Shown here piece by piece: positions 47,061 to 60,236 of a stretch of 64,000 nt of DNA. Positions within the stretch are counted from its first letter, which is position 1. The number at the start of each line of letters is the position of its first letter. The notes under the pieces were generated by a model. That model worked only from the letters and a program-made list of their open reading frames with translations. It was not told the origin of the DNA and searched no databases. Origin of the DNA: Mobula hypostoma (lineage: Eukaryota); the NCBI RefSeq assembly GCF_963921235.1, contig NC_086097.1:227480001-227544000 (forward strand), given 5' to 3'. The position numbers and the translations under genes are program-made.

Positions 47061-49849
47061 CTGATGTAAATGAAATGAAATAAAATAGAAACCAGTATAA
47101 GTCAATACCTACGTCTAATTCTCTGTGATATATCTGGTAATTTATTTGAAAGGATTAACGTTGTCTTCTGATTGTTCTACTGAGGCTGGATCTTAAAGCC
47201 ATGAGTAGTTCTGCCAGGTTTTCTAAAGTACTTTATGGGGCTGCAGGAAGGCACTGCTGAGCTACTTAAAATTACAAAGGAATATCCAAACTAAATTTTT
47301 GACACAAACTGCACCATTGTTTTTTCCCAGGCACAATTTTAATAAGGTATACAAAGATTCAAATTTGTCTGTTTTGAATTACAGCCCTAGGAAGGCCAAG
47401 AAAAAGGATTGCTTAATCCTTCATATTAGACTTGTTCTATCCCCAAGCAGCATGTATTGTTCTGCATTTCTTTATTGTAAGAAATACTTTAAACATTTTA
47501 CTATGGAATATTAGAAAATAACAGATACCCAGCAACGCAGATAATATTTCCTCAGCCATATTCTCTAAGATTCTAACATGAATGTTATAATCTTTTTGAA
47601 GTTATGCAAAGATGATGTGAACATTTTCAAAGGGTTGATTCCGGAGAATGTGCTTGATTGATATTCCATCTGCCTTACAGGTAGGTGAAGAAGTGGATAA
47701 TCCAACATTTGATATTTATTGGCAGTGTTCAGTTGAGATGACAGCAAATAGACACAACAAAGGAATACCAGGGTTTGTTTTACAAAGTGTCTAGATCAGT
47801 TAAGTAATGCTTAATCCTATTAAAAATGTATTGGTTAGGGATTTGCTAACCTCTATGGATGAAGTGATTTCAGAAATAGTCCCCAGTTCATTAGTTATTC
47901 AATATTATCTCAATTAGGCTTCAGGTGCAAGTTTTATTAGCATAGAATATTCTTTAAGATACAGCAAACTGCTAAGCTTCAAAAGATAACCATAAGGTAA
48001 TTTAAATTATGTATGTCTTTCAATGAAGTATTTCACATCTTTAAGCATAATATAATTTGTACTTTAGAATGTAACTTTACTCCATGTCATAGAATGTTAA
48101 TCTTACCATAACATGATTAATAAAAACATCTTGTTATTTAATTCGATACCTCATACTAACTTTTGATTTTATAGCAGCTGATAAGCTAGCTTCTATATTT
48201 TTTGCCTATGTGAATTAAAACTAAATGTAGGGTAATAATATTTATTTTCAGTTGGCAGAAATAATGTAAGCATACTAATTCCAGGAATATAAAAGTCCTG
48301 ATAAAAAATAAAGAACATCCTCAGCAGATAGTGCAGATTGTAAACTTTATAGCTGCAACTTAGTATTTCAACAGCTGACAATTTTTGCAAAAAGTCCCTT
48401 GCAATATATTTTGCATACAGTTCAATTTTGCCCAGAAACTGGATTTTTAAAATATAAACTATGTATAAAAATATTATGTCAATAATCACCCTACAGCTGC
48501 TGATTATAAGGATAGTTTATCACTTCTATAAATCCCAACTTTTAATTCTGAGATAATTTTATTCTGAGCTATTTTCTTTATGTGAAAAACTGTTGGTTTT
48601 ATAAAGATTGATATGAGCAATCAAAATATTATTAAGGTAATTCCTTTTGATGCTTAACAAGAGTGAAAATGAATTTCTATGAGACTGATAATGTCTGCTA
48701 AAATACCTGTAAGAACTAAAATTAATATTTTGGAAGGAGTGCAGTTTACTGGAGTTCAATAAGCAGATATGTCAGCCATTTTCACACAGCAAAATGGCTG
48801 CCACAAGCAGGAAAACAAATGGAGTACTAATTAACCTGACTTGCTGGTGTTGGCTAATGCAGGGACATTGGGAGGATTCTGCTCCTTGAATAGCATTTTT
48901 AAAATATTTGCATCAAATTCCCAATGTAAATATCTAATATAAGATAAACTTTTAAAACTGTATCCATTCCTCGGCAAAGCATGGGAACCTTGGAAAAACA
49001 TAGTTGAATAAAATGTTAATTTCACAGAATTTCAACCAAGTAGTTAACTAATTTGCAGCTTTAAATATGAATTTATTTTTCTTTGTCACCACCTGCTTTA
49101 CAAACAAAAACTACTCCAGTTGTCAGTCTATCCACCCTGAGGAGTTATTCTAATTTGCAGTGCTCAAAACTGCCTAGACCTTATCCTTTTCTGACAAAGA
49201 TCACACAGCTGACATGAGATCCCATCTCTGCTGCTGTGCTCCCCATATTAAGCCATTGCTTCTGGCAATCATGCCAATCATTTCAAACCACACATCCAGT
49301 TCTTAAGATTCACCTGGCATATTGTATGTTGAAAGTATACTGAAACTTGATCTCTTCAACATCTTGATTTAAAGCTATGTGACATCCAGAGTTTCTGATT
49401 TACAAGCAATGAATTTCTGACAATATATGACTCTAAACCTTAGGTTTATCTGCTTGAAGTTATCATCTTGTATTCGTTTTGACAAAGAATCTGTAGGTAT
49501 GCTACAAACTTCCACTGGGGCACACAATGCAAAATTTTCTGCCCGTTTGTCATAAATTGTGCCAAAGTATTGTACACAAGCCGGAAAAAAAATGATCAGT
49601 GAACTGGATATGCACAGGAACAAGAGCCAAATTATCTCTAAAAATAGATGTAATGATTTGCTGTAATGATCCTTGCTGGATGTAGCATCGAAGGCAAATA
49701 CTTAAGAACAGAATTGAAAAGAATCTTTCATATACAGTCAGCCAATCATTGCTATAAAATGCTGTTAAGATCTTACATTAATTTTACATACTTTAGATAC
49801 AAGATTTCCTACTCAGAATGAGAGACGATGATCTTGGTGATGAATACTA

Positions 49850-49937
49850 TAGGGTCTCATCCCAAAATGTTGACTGCTTATTCTGATCCATAGATGCTGC
49901 CTGACCTGCTGAGCTCCTCCAGCACATTGTGTGTTTT
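49850..49937 (+). mobile_element. Penelope pLTR fragment
   Basis: agggtctcatcccaaaatgttgactg...tccatagatgctgcctgacctgctgag. Confidence 0.7.
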
Positions 49938-50454
49938 ACTGTCGTCTTTATCTGGGTGAGAGGAGCTGTTGTTCACTCATTTCAGCAAAGAAGCTCAGTA
50001 AGATTCAAACTGAAGACAGGAATTAGAAAGAATGATCATTTTCAAACTTTTTTGCAGATATATATTCTAAGTACATATGTAGTTATGTTGTACTTGTGAC
50101 CTATTGTTTTACATTTGCTTTGAGTACTATTCAAATGCTTAATTAAATTTTATTTGTAAAAGATTGGTCAAAATTTTTAGCTTTTAAACCCTCTTCTAAC
50201 TTCCCTTTACCTATGTGGAGTTATTTCCTAAAGTCCTCTCATTTTCTTTACTTGTTGAATGATCGTACACTTTATTCACACAAGCTGTTAATCTATTGAA
50301 CCGTTCAAGTTATTGTTTAATTAGCATCAATTGTTCCATTCTGAATTAAGACTAAGGATACCTGACAGCCTACTAGCGACGTGACCCTTTATTAAATCAT
50401 ACCTTATCCAAGCCGACAGTTCAGGTTTATTGTTAGTGAATATTTATTAGGGTA

Positions 50455-50942
50455 TATTCTGACAGGCTGCATCACTGTCTGGTATGGAGGGGCTACTGCA
50501 CAGGACTGAAAGAAGCTGCAGAAGGTTGTAAATCTAGTCAGCTCCATCTTGGGCACTAGCCTACAAAGTACCCAGGACAACTTTAGGGAGTAGTGTCTCA
50601 GAAAGGCAGCATCCATTATTAAGGACCTCCAGCATCCAGGACATGCCCTTTTCTTACTGTTTCCATCAGGGAGGAGATACAGAAGCCTGAAGGCACACAC
50701 TCAGTGATTCAGGAACAGCTTCTTCCCCCCTGCCATCCGATTCCTAAATGGACATTGAAGCTTTGGACACTACCTCACTTTTTTAATATACAGTATTTCT
50801 CTTTTTGATTTACTTGTTCATTTATTATTATTATTATTTCTCTCTGCTAGATTATGTATTGCATTGAACTGCTGCTGCTAAGTTAACAAATTCACGTTGC
50901 ATGCCTGTGATAATAAACCTGATTCTAATTCTGATTCTGATA
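50455..50942 (+). mobile_element. Rex1/Babar 3' fragment
   Basis: Highly similar to the reverse complement of 44005-44440; (ctgatt)n tail. Confidence 0.88.
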
Positions 50943-51207
50943 CTTAAACTGGAGGTGGATAGGTTCTTGATTAAAAAGGGTGTTGAAGGTTACGGGAAAA
51001 AGCAGGAGAATAGGGTAGAGAGGGATAATAAATCAGCCATGATGGAATTGCTGAGCAGATTTGAAGGACAGAATGGTATTACATAGAAACATAGAAATCT
51101 ACAGCACATTACAGGCCCTTCGTACCACAATGTTGTGCCAACCGTGTAACCTACTCTAGAAGCTGCCTAGAATTTCCATACCGCATAGCCCTCTATTTTT
51201 CTAAGGT

Positions 51208-51429
51208 TGTGTTGGGCACGTGGCCAAGTGGTTAAGGCATTCGTCTAGTTATCTCAAGGTCGCTAGTTCGAGCCTCAGCTGCGTCAACATGTTTGTGCCC
51301 TTGAGCAAGGCACTTAATCACACATTGCTCTAGTCTGTGCGAGGAGTGGCGCCCCACACAGACTTCCAATCTGCGCCATGAAGATGCCCGATGCAGGCCT
51401 CTCATGGTCTGAGTCGACGTTCCCTCCCC
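51208..51429 (+). mobile_element. tRNA-derived SINE with CORE-like central domain
   Basis: A-box tggccaagtgg, B-box gttcgagcc, gtgcccttgagcaaggcacttaa; 10-bp TSD tttctaaggt at 51198-51207 and 51430-51439; inserted in a minus-strand CR1 3'UTR. Confidence 0.8.
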
Positions 51430-51844
51430 TTTCTAAGGTCGATGTACCTATCTAAGATACTCTTAAAAGACCCTATTGTATCCGCCTCTACCACCTTCTC
51501 TGGCAGTGCATTCCACGCACCCACCACTCGGTGCACTGGTATTATTCTGTTCCTACATCTTATGAACTTCTAACAGGGGAACTTATCAAATATAACTGGG
51601 TTGTAAAAACTATAGAAATCTACAAACATACAAATTAGGAGAAGGACAAAGCCACTCAATCCCTTGAGCCACTTCCACCAATAAATGAGATCATAGCTGA
51701 TCTGACTGTAATCGCAAATCCATATTCCTTCCTTCACCCACCCGCTACCTCAGTCACAGAAGCTGATCATAAACTGGAAGCTCAATTTGCCAGGGGAAGT
51801 TCATTGAGCACCACATTACGAAACAACAAAAGACATTTGACTGC

Positions 51845-52403
51845 TGGAGTATTGTGTACAGTTTTGGTCTCCAAATTTGAGGAAGGACATTCTAGCTATT
51901 GAGGGAGTGCAGCAGAGGTACACGAGGTTAATTCCCAGGATGGCAGGACTGTCATATGTTGAAAGTTTGGAGCGACTGGGGTTGTATACACTGGAATTTA
52001 GAAGGATGAGAGGGGATCTGATTGAAACTTATAAGGTTATTAAGGGATTGGACACGCTAGAGGCAGGAAACGTGTTCCCGATGTTGGGGGACTCCAGAAC
52101 CAGAGGCTGCAGTTTAAGAATAAGGGGTAGACAATTTAGAACGGAGTTGAGGAAAAACTTTTTCACACGGAGGGTTGTGGTTCTGTGGAATGCTCTGCCT
52201 CAGAAGGCAGTGGAGGCCAATTCTCTGGATTCTTTCAAGAACGAGTTAGATAGAGCTCTTAAAGATAGCGGAGTGAAGGGATATGGGGAGAAGGCAGGAA
52301 AAGGGTACTGATTGTGGATGATCAGCCATAATCACAGTGAATGGTGGTGCTGGCTCGAAGGGCTGAATGGCCTACTCCTGCACCTATTGTCTATTTTCTA
52401 TTG
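51845..52403 (+). mobile_element. CR1 3' end
   Basis: ORF 51877-52311 is the ORF2 C-terminus; 3'UTR ends cctactcctgcacctattgtctat. Confidence 0.92.
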
Positions 52404-52939
52404 CTATACTTGGGTTTGATGGATGAAATATTTAAGTCAAACCACACATTAAATTATGTGATTTGGGTTGATAGTCAAGTCATATTTTGTATATAATTCA
52501 TATAATATGTGGCAAAACTTTGACCATCCCTACTTAAGTCTGTTTGTTATGCAGGGAGGTTAGAAAATAATGTTGTGTGCTACTTTTGGCATGTGTTACT
52601 TGATTTTCCTGGTTAGTTGCTTTTTAATTTGCATTATGAAGAATGTTGGGGATATATCTTTCTTTGAGGATTTTGGAGTAATCAGCTCCAGAGTTTTAAT
52701 GCTATTATGAAGGAAATTTGACCAAAGTGAAGAGAGCCATCAAAGAGAAAGTTATGTCTGTGAAAGTAGTTTAAGTCCTCAAAAGGAAACAAATTTGAAG
52801 AGAATGTACTGAAAGAAAAACTATCTTCAGGACCAAGGCGATGTTCCTCCTAAAATTGTCCCATTGCTGTTCAACCTTGGAAGTGAAGAAATATCCTTAA
52901 AAAGTGAAACTCGGCGACAAAACAGATAATAATTTTGCT

Positions 52940-53123
52940 TCACAAACAAGAGAAAATCTTCAGATGTCGGAAATCCAAGCAACACACACAAAATGCTGGA
53001 GGAACTCAGCAGGCCAGGCAGCATCTATGAAAAAGAGTAAACAGTCAACGTTTTGGGCCAAAACCCTTCATCAAGACTGGAAAAAAAGATGATGTCAGAG
53101 TAAGAAGGTGGGAGGAGGGGGGC
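52940..53123 (-). mobile_element. Penelope pLTR plus tail fragment
   Basis: Reverse complement cagtcttgatgaagggttttggcccaaaacgttgactg (decayed hammerhead). Confidence 0.75.
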
Positions 53124-53647
53124 ACGTGGAAGGGGCCTACTCAAAGCTCCTTAGAAGTAAAGAGTGAAAAGAGAAAAACCGATGCCCATTTTGCATAGAA
53201 AAAAGACATGTATATTTATATCTAGGCACACCGTTCTTTACGACTATCAACGTCTAGTTCATTGTATCAGGTCGGTTCTTTTCAATCTTTGTGACAGTGT
53301 GACTTATTGTAACTATTTGTGTCGTGCGCTGGGTGTCCTGTGTTTTGCTGTGTTTTGCACCTTGGACCCAGGGGAATGCTGTTTCATTTGTCTGTATACA
53401 TACGTATGGTTGAGTAACCATTAAACACGAACTTGAAAAATGAAAAGGGATCCACTGAAATGTGTAATAGTTGAGGAAAGATTGGTAATAATCTTCCAGG
53501 ATTTTTAGCGAGGATTGTAGGTAGTGAACAACAAAGAAAGTCTTGCCCTGTGTTTGACCTAAAACCCTATAGCTCCAGAACTTTCTGGTGGGATTTGCCA
53601 AAGGATACTGACAGATAAATTTGAAATATGGTATGAAAGATATAAAG

Positions 53648-54591
53648 TGCCGAGCCCTCTTCTGTACTCCCTTTTCACCTATAACTGCATTTCTGTACAT
53701 GATTCTAACTCCATAATCAAGTTCGCAGACGACACCACGGTGGTTGGCCTGATCAGAGTGGATGACAAGATGGCCTACAGGGACGAGGTCCAGCACCTGG
53801 CCGTATGGTGTGCCGACAACAACCTGGCCCTTAACACCCAGAAGACCAAGGAGATCATTGTGGACTTCAGGCATGCTAGGAGTCACACTCATGTCCCCAT
53901 CTACGTCAACGGAGCTGTAGTGGAGCGTGTATCAAGCTTCAAATTCCTTGGTGTCCACATTTCCGATGATCTCACCTGATCTCTGAACTCCTCCATTTTG
54001 ATCAAAAAGGTGCAACAGCGCCTTTATTTCCTGTGGAGCATCAAGAAAGTTCACCTCTGTCCCAGGATACTGATGGATTTTACCGCTGTACCATTCAGAG
54101 CATACTCACCAACTGCATCTCAGTGTGGTATGGCAATTGTCCCGTATCGGACCGCAAAGCACTCTGGCGTGTGGTGAAAACTGCCCAGTGGATTGTCGGC
54201 ACCCAATTGCCCACCATTGAGAACATCTATCATAAACGCTGCCTAGGCAGGGTGAAAAGCATTATCAAGGATGCATCTCACCCCAACCATGGACTTTTTA
54301 CTCTCCTCCCATCCGGTAGGCGCTACAGGAGCCTCTGCTCCCACACCAGCAGGCTCAGGAAGAGCTGCGACTCTGCTGAACCTCACATCATGGCGCGAAG
54401 CAGTATTGCACCCATATTGGACTGTCTCAGCATTTTTATATTTGCATGCTGTAGCACTTACTTTTTATTCATGGTGATTTTGTAAATAATACTATTCTTT
54501 TGCCCTTCTGGTCAGATGCTGATTGCATTTCTTTGGCTTTGTATCTGTACTTGGCACAATGACAATAAAGTTGAATTTAATCTAATCTAAT
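53648..54591 (+). mobile_element. Rex1/Babar LINE, 5'-truncated (different subfamily)
   Basis: SPLLYSLFTYNC...IIKFADDTTVVGLI...LNTQKTKEIIVDFR; aataaagttgaa plus (tctaa)n tail. Confidence 0.92.
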
Positions 54592-55146
54592 AAATCCATG
54601 AACATGAATATAAAAAGAAAGTGCTTATGCTGGAAATCAGAAAGAAAAGCAGAAAAAGCTGGAAATACTCAGCAGCCTGTGCAGAGTGAGAAACAGAGTT
54701 AATGCTTCAGTTGGGAGGCACTCTACCAAGATAAAGGATCTTGAACTTGAGGTGCTAATGTTGTTTCTTTTTCCACAGATGCTGTCTGATCCGATGAGTG
54801 CTTTGAACATTTCCTTTTATAGACCTTGCCGCCCATGAGGTTGTGTTGAACTTTTAACCTACTGTAAGGTCAACATAGCCCTTCCCTCATATATAGCCCT
54901 CCACATTTCTATTATCCACGGGCCTCTCTACGAGTCTTTTAAATATCCCTAATGTATCTGTCTCTCCCACTTCTAGTAGCAGGGCATTCCAGGCACTCAG
55001 CTGTCTTTGTGTAAAGAACTTACCTCTGACATCCCCCTATAGTACCCTCCAATCACCTACAAATTATGCTCCCTTGTGCTAGCCATTTCCACCCGGGGGA
55101 AAAGTCTCTGACTGTCCATTCTATCTATTCATCTTCTCATCCTGTA

Positions 55147-57374
55147 GTGCGATCATACAGGTCGAGTAAGATGTTCTCTTAAGTGATTGTCCATCGGTAG
55201 GTCCTCAGACGGTGCAGAGGCCGATCCAGGATGCTCGTATTCTGGTGCAGCGTGGACAAGAGTAGGTAGTGGCTGTTGTTAGTGCTTGGGTGTTTTGGTT
55301 GCCTAGTCCCTCCTTTCTCAGCTGCCATTTGTTCTCCGCAACACAGTGGAGGTTCCTCACGTGTAGTGTGGCTCCCTCTTGAACAGGTTTCCTCCAGTTG
55401 TATCTATTGAGTGCAATGTCTTCCCAGATTTTAGATCTGACTTTGATTTTGTCTTTGAAGTGTTTCCTATGCCCACCAGGGGCTTGCTAACCTTCTTTCA
55501 ACAGGGAGTAAAGGATCTGTTTGGAGAGATGTGGGTTAGACTTCTGAGTGAATGGCATACCCTTTGCATTGCAGTTAGTGTTGCTTCATCATTGTGGAGA
55601 TGCTGTTCGTGCTGGCCTCCTCCAGTACCTGGTGTTTGTGTGTCTGTCCTTCCACCTGATCCTCAAAATCTTTTACAAGGCTCTTTGGTGGCCTTGTTCC
55701 AGCGCTTCAGATGCCTGCTGTAGGTGGTCCATGATGTTGATCCATATAGTATTGTAGGAAGGGCAACTGCTCTACAGACCAAAAGTTCTGTTTGACTTGT
55801 ACATTGTGGTCTTCAAAGACCCTTTTCCTTAATCTTACATAGTCTCCACTAATACTACTTAGGCGGTGGTTGATCTCTGAGTCGATATCTGCTTTTGAGG
55901 GGAGAATGCTGCCAAGGTAGTGTAAGTGGTTTATACTTTCAAGAGCGATATCGTCAACTTTTATTAAGGGCTGGATAAATGGCTGGTTGAACGGTGTCTG
56001 ATATAGGACCGAAGGCCTGAGTCTTTTTTGTAATCAAAACAAGAGCCAGTGCTCTATATGCTTTGGCAGGGGTGTTCAAGATACATTTGGGTCTACAGAG
56101 TGTGCTGTAATGGCATTGTCACCTGCATTCTGAAACTCCATGCTTCTGATAATGTTAACCTTGTTCTTGGCCTTGAACGCCTGTTGTCAATGAGACCATC
56201 AGACCATAAGAGATAGGAGCAGAATGAGGGGATGAGTCTATTTGCCCATTGAGACTGCTCTGCCATTCAATCATGGCTGTTCCTTTTTTCCCCTCCTGAG
56301 CCCCACTCCCCAGCCTTCTCCCCACATTACCTTTGATGCCATTTCCATTCAAGAACCTATTAATCCCTGCCTTAAATACACCCAACGACCCAGCCTCCAC
56401 AACTGCCTGTGGTAACAAATTCCACAAATTCCATACACAATTGGGATTCCCTATGGCAGGTCTTGCTCAATGAGCTGAAGGACAGCAGTAATAAAGATTT
56501 CAAATAGGGTGGAAACACTAGCTGAAGGATTGGAAGGATATCAACGATTGACGGAGAGAGCATTTTCATAACCATGACGGCACTGCTGAACCAAAGATTA
56601 CTAACTAAATCCTCTCAAGACCTGTGAGAGAAGACATGGGGAAGCCTCCCACTATGAAAGAGGTCCATGACACCACGAGGAACCTGAAAAGCAACAAAAC
56701 CACTGGTCCTGACAGGATCCCAGCAGAGATCCTCAAAGAAGGTGGACAAGCACTCTTGTGCCACCTCAGTGCCCTGCTCCTGGAGGTCTGGGAAAGGGAG
56801 CAACAGTCCTCCGAGCTCGGGGATGCTCTATTAGTAACCATATTCAAGAAGAGAGACAAGGCAGATTGAAGCAATTATGGAGGCAGCTCCCTCATATCAA
56901 CAACAGGCAAAGTGCTTGCACGTATCCTTGTTAACCTGCTTGTTCTGCTATTTGAAGAAGTACAGAATCGCATTGTGATTTCCACCCATCTAGAGATATC
57001 ACTGACATAATCTTCGCAGCACACCAATTACAGGAAAAGTGCCATGAGCAAAGACAACCCTTGTACTTGGCTTTCATAGATTTCACAAAGGCATTTAATA
57101 CAGTCGCTCTCTGGCATATGCTACATGGCTACCCTGACAATTACTTACAAATACAGAGGCTACTGCATAATGGCATGCCAGTCACAGTACTCAGCAATTG
57201 TGGTGCTGAATCAGGACCCTTCACTGTCACAACAGGAGTCAAACAGGGCTGTATCGTTGCACCCACCTTATTTGCCATCTTTATTGTTCCCATCCTTCAT
57301 CTCATTGAGTAAGACCTGCCTCAGAGAATTCCATTTGTGTATAGAATGGACAACCTGCTTTTCAACCTCAACTA
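55147..57374 (-). mobile_element. RTE-clade LINE with inverted 5' segment
   Basis: 3' part on minus (55147-56190), upstream RT part on plus (~56475-57372: KTTGPDRIPAEILKEGG, AFIDFTKAFNTV, GVKQGC); TSD tcatc(c/t)tgta at 55137-55146 and 57375-57384; CR1 3'UTR piece at ~56192-56435. Confidence 0.85.
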
Positions 57375-57808
57375 TCATCTTGTACACCTCCATTAAGTCA
57401 TCTCTCATCTTCCTTCACTCTGAAGAGAAAAGCCCTAGCTTGCTCAATCGATCTTTATAACGCCTAAGAATCAAATGATGAAGGTATTGTTATCATCGCA
57501 GCAGACATCAGTTGATCAGATCCCCCACTTAACTGAATTTAAATCTCCAAACACTAATTTCCAGATCATGGTCAAGGCCTCTGGATTGCTGGTCAACTGA
57601 CAACCACTGAGTTACAGTCTTGACCTGCAGTAAGTAGATATAGGCAGTGAGCAGGATCACAAAGACCATTCAGAAATCTTGCACCTTTCCAGTACAGCTT
57701 GAGTGGTGAGTAAAACATGAGAAAGAATATAATGCACCAGAATAAACTATGGGTATACGAAACCAAAGTGAAATGGGGCAACAATGTGTGATGTACATCA
57801 GGATTGGG

Positions 57809-59628
57809 ATAGAAACATAGAAACATAGAAACATAGAAAATAGGTGCAGGAGTAGGCCATTCGGCCCTTCGAGCCTGCACCGCCATTTATTATGATCATG
57901 GCTGATCATCCAACTCAGAACCCAGCCTTCCCTCCATACCCCCTGACCCCTGTAGCCACAAGGGCCATATCTAACTTCCTTTTAAACATAGCTAATGAAC
58001 TGGCCTCAACAGTTTGCTGTGGCAGAGAATTCCACAGATTCACCACTCTCTGTGTGAAGAAGTTTTTCCTAACCTCGGTCCTAAAAGGCTTCCCCTCTAT
58101 CCTCAAACTGTGACCCCTCGTTCTAGACCTCCCCAACATCGGGAACAATCTTCCTGCATCTAGCCTGTCCAATCCCTTTAGGATCTTATACGTTTCAATC
58201 AGATCCCCCCTCAATCTTCTAAATTCCAACGAGTACAAGCCCAGTTCATCCAGTCTTTCTTCATATGAAAGACCTGCCATCCCAGGAATCAATCTGGTGA
58301 ACCTTCTTTGTACTCCCTCTATGGCAAAGATGTCTTTCCTCAGATTAGGGGACCAAAACTGCACACAATACTCCAGGTGTGGTCTCACCAAGGCCTTGTA
58401 CAACTGCAGTAGTACCTCCCTGCTCCTGTACTCGAATCCTCTCGCTATAAATGCCAGCATACCGTTCGCCTTTTTCACCGCCTGCTGTACCTGCATGCCC
58501 ACTTTCAATGACTGGTGTATAATGACACCCAGGTCTCGTTGCACCTCCCCTTTTCCTAATCGGCCACCATTCAGATAATAATCTGTTTTCCTATTTTTGC
58601 CACCAAAGTGGATAACTTCACATTTATCCACATTAAATTGCATCTGCCATGAGTTTGCCCACTCACCCAACCTATCCAAGTCACCCTGCATCCTCTTAGC
58701 ATCCTCCTCACTGCTAACACTGCCACCCAGCTTCGTGTCATCCGCAAACTTGGAGATGCCGCATTTAATTCCCTCATCCAAGTCATTAATATATATTGTA
58801 AACAACTGGGGTCCCAGCACTGAGCCTTGCGGTACCCCACTAGTCACCGCCTGCCATTCTGAAAAGGTCCCGTTTATTCCCACTCTTTGCTTCCTGTCTG
58901 CTAACCAATTCTCCACCCACACCAATACCTTACCCCCAATACCGTGTGCTTTAAGTTTGCACACTAATCTCCTATGTGGGACCTTGTCAAAAGCCTTTTG
59001 AAAATCCAAATATACCACATCCACTGGTTCTCCCCTATCCACTCTACTAGTTACATCCTCAAAAAATTCTATGAGATTCGTCAGACATGATTTTCCTTTC
59101 ACAAATCCATGCTGACTTTGTCCGATCATTTCACCGCTTTCCAAATGTGCTGTTATCACATCCTTGATAACTGACTCCAGCAGTTTCCCCACCACCGACG
59201 TTAGGCTAACCGGCCTATAATTCCCCGGTTTCTCTCTCCCTCCTTTTTTAAAAAGTGGGGTTACATTAGCCACCCTCCAATCCTCAGGAACTAGTCCAGA
59301 ATCTAACGAGTTTTGAAAAATTATCACTAATGCATCCACTATTTCTTGGGCCACTTCCTTAAGCACTCTGGGATGCAGACCATCTGGCCCTGGGGATTTA
59401 TCTGCCTTCAATCCCTTCAATTTACCTAACACCACTTCCCTACTAACATGTATTTCGCTCAGTTCCTCCATCTCACTGGACCCTCTGTCCCTTACTATTT
59501 CTGGAAGATTATTTATGTCCTCCTTAGTGAAGACAGAACCAAAGTAATTATTCAATTGGTCTGCCATGTCCTTGCTCCCCATAATCAATTCACCTGTTTC
59601 TGTTTGCAGGGGACCTACATTTGTCTTT
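57809..59628 (-). mobile_element. Young CR1 LINE, 5'-truncated
   Basis: Uninterrupted ORF2 RT and C-terminus, 3'UTR, (ttctatgt)n tail. Confidence 0.97.
57915..59627 (-). pseudogene. CR1 ORF2 RT domain, open frame but lacking endonuclease
   Basis: ORF 57915-59810; homology starts at KTNVGPL (~59627); YLDFQKAFDKVPH, GVPQGSVLGP, FADD. Confidence 0.93.
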
Positions 59629-59866
59629 ATGGCGGATATGATGAGGCTAGTAACCATCCTCACCTCTCTTGATAGTTTAACCATGCTTGCAGCCTCATAA
59701 ATGTGAACCTTCAATACTACAGTGATTATACAGTAATTGTACTTAGAATACATTAAAGTTTGTTCATGGCTTGGCAAACGAAAGCATGGAAGCAGGATTT
59801 CAAGCAACATACATCAGAGTTGCTGGTGAACACAGCAGGCCAAGCAGCATCTGTAGGAAGAGGTGC

Positions 59867-59902
59867 AGTCGACGTTTCAGGCCGAGACCCTTCGTCAGGA
59901 CT
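59867..59902 (-). ncRNA. Minimal hammerhead ribozyme motif (left arm)
   Basis: Reverse complement reads AGTC-CTGACGA-AGGgtctcggCCT-GAAACGTC-GACT. Confidence 0.75.
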
Positions 59903-59926
59903 AACGTTAGTTAAGTTATTTAAGTT

Positions 59927-59962
59927 AGTCCTGACGAAGGGTCTCGGCCTGAAACGTCGACT
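59927..59962 (+). ncRNA. Minimal hammerhead ribozyme motif (right arm)
   Basis: AGTC-CTGACGA-AGGgtctcggCCT-GAAACGTC-GACT. Confidence 0.78.
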
Positions 59963-60236
59963 GCACCTCTTCCTACAGATGCTGCTTGGCCTGCTGCGTT
60001 CACCAGCAACTTTGATGTATGTTGCTTGAATTTCCAGCATCTGCAGAATTCCTGTTGTTTGAAGCAGGATTTCAGGTGGGATCAGCATCTCTCCAGTTAT
60101 AAATTTGGCTGTTCAGTAGAGTTCAGCAGAACCCTATTAGAAATGGCCATTAGAGACTTTGCTAAAGTTATGATAGATATCAAGCAAAGCCTCAGTGGAA
60201 TTTGCAGTGAAACTGATAATCCAACAAACTTGGGAT

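Larger units (their letters stand above)
59803..60060. mobile_element. Penelope-like pLTR fold-back mini-element (tail on right)
   Basis: ~105 bp inverted arms; 14-bp TSD gaagcaggatttca at 59789-59802 and 60061-60074. Confidence 0.88.

Noticed and set aside
51208..51285. tRNA gene
   Set aside because: tRNA-like head continues into a SINE body flanked by a TSD; cloverleaf incomplete
59628..59810. N-terminal ~60 aa of the 631-aa ORF as a novel fusion
   Set aside because: Chance read-through into flanking DNA beyond the CR1 truncation point; no recognisable domain
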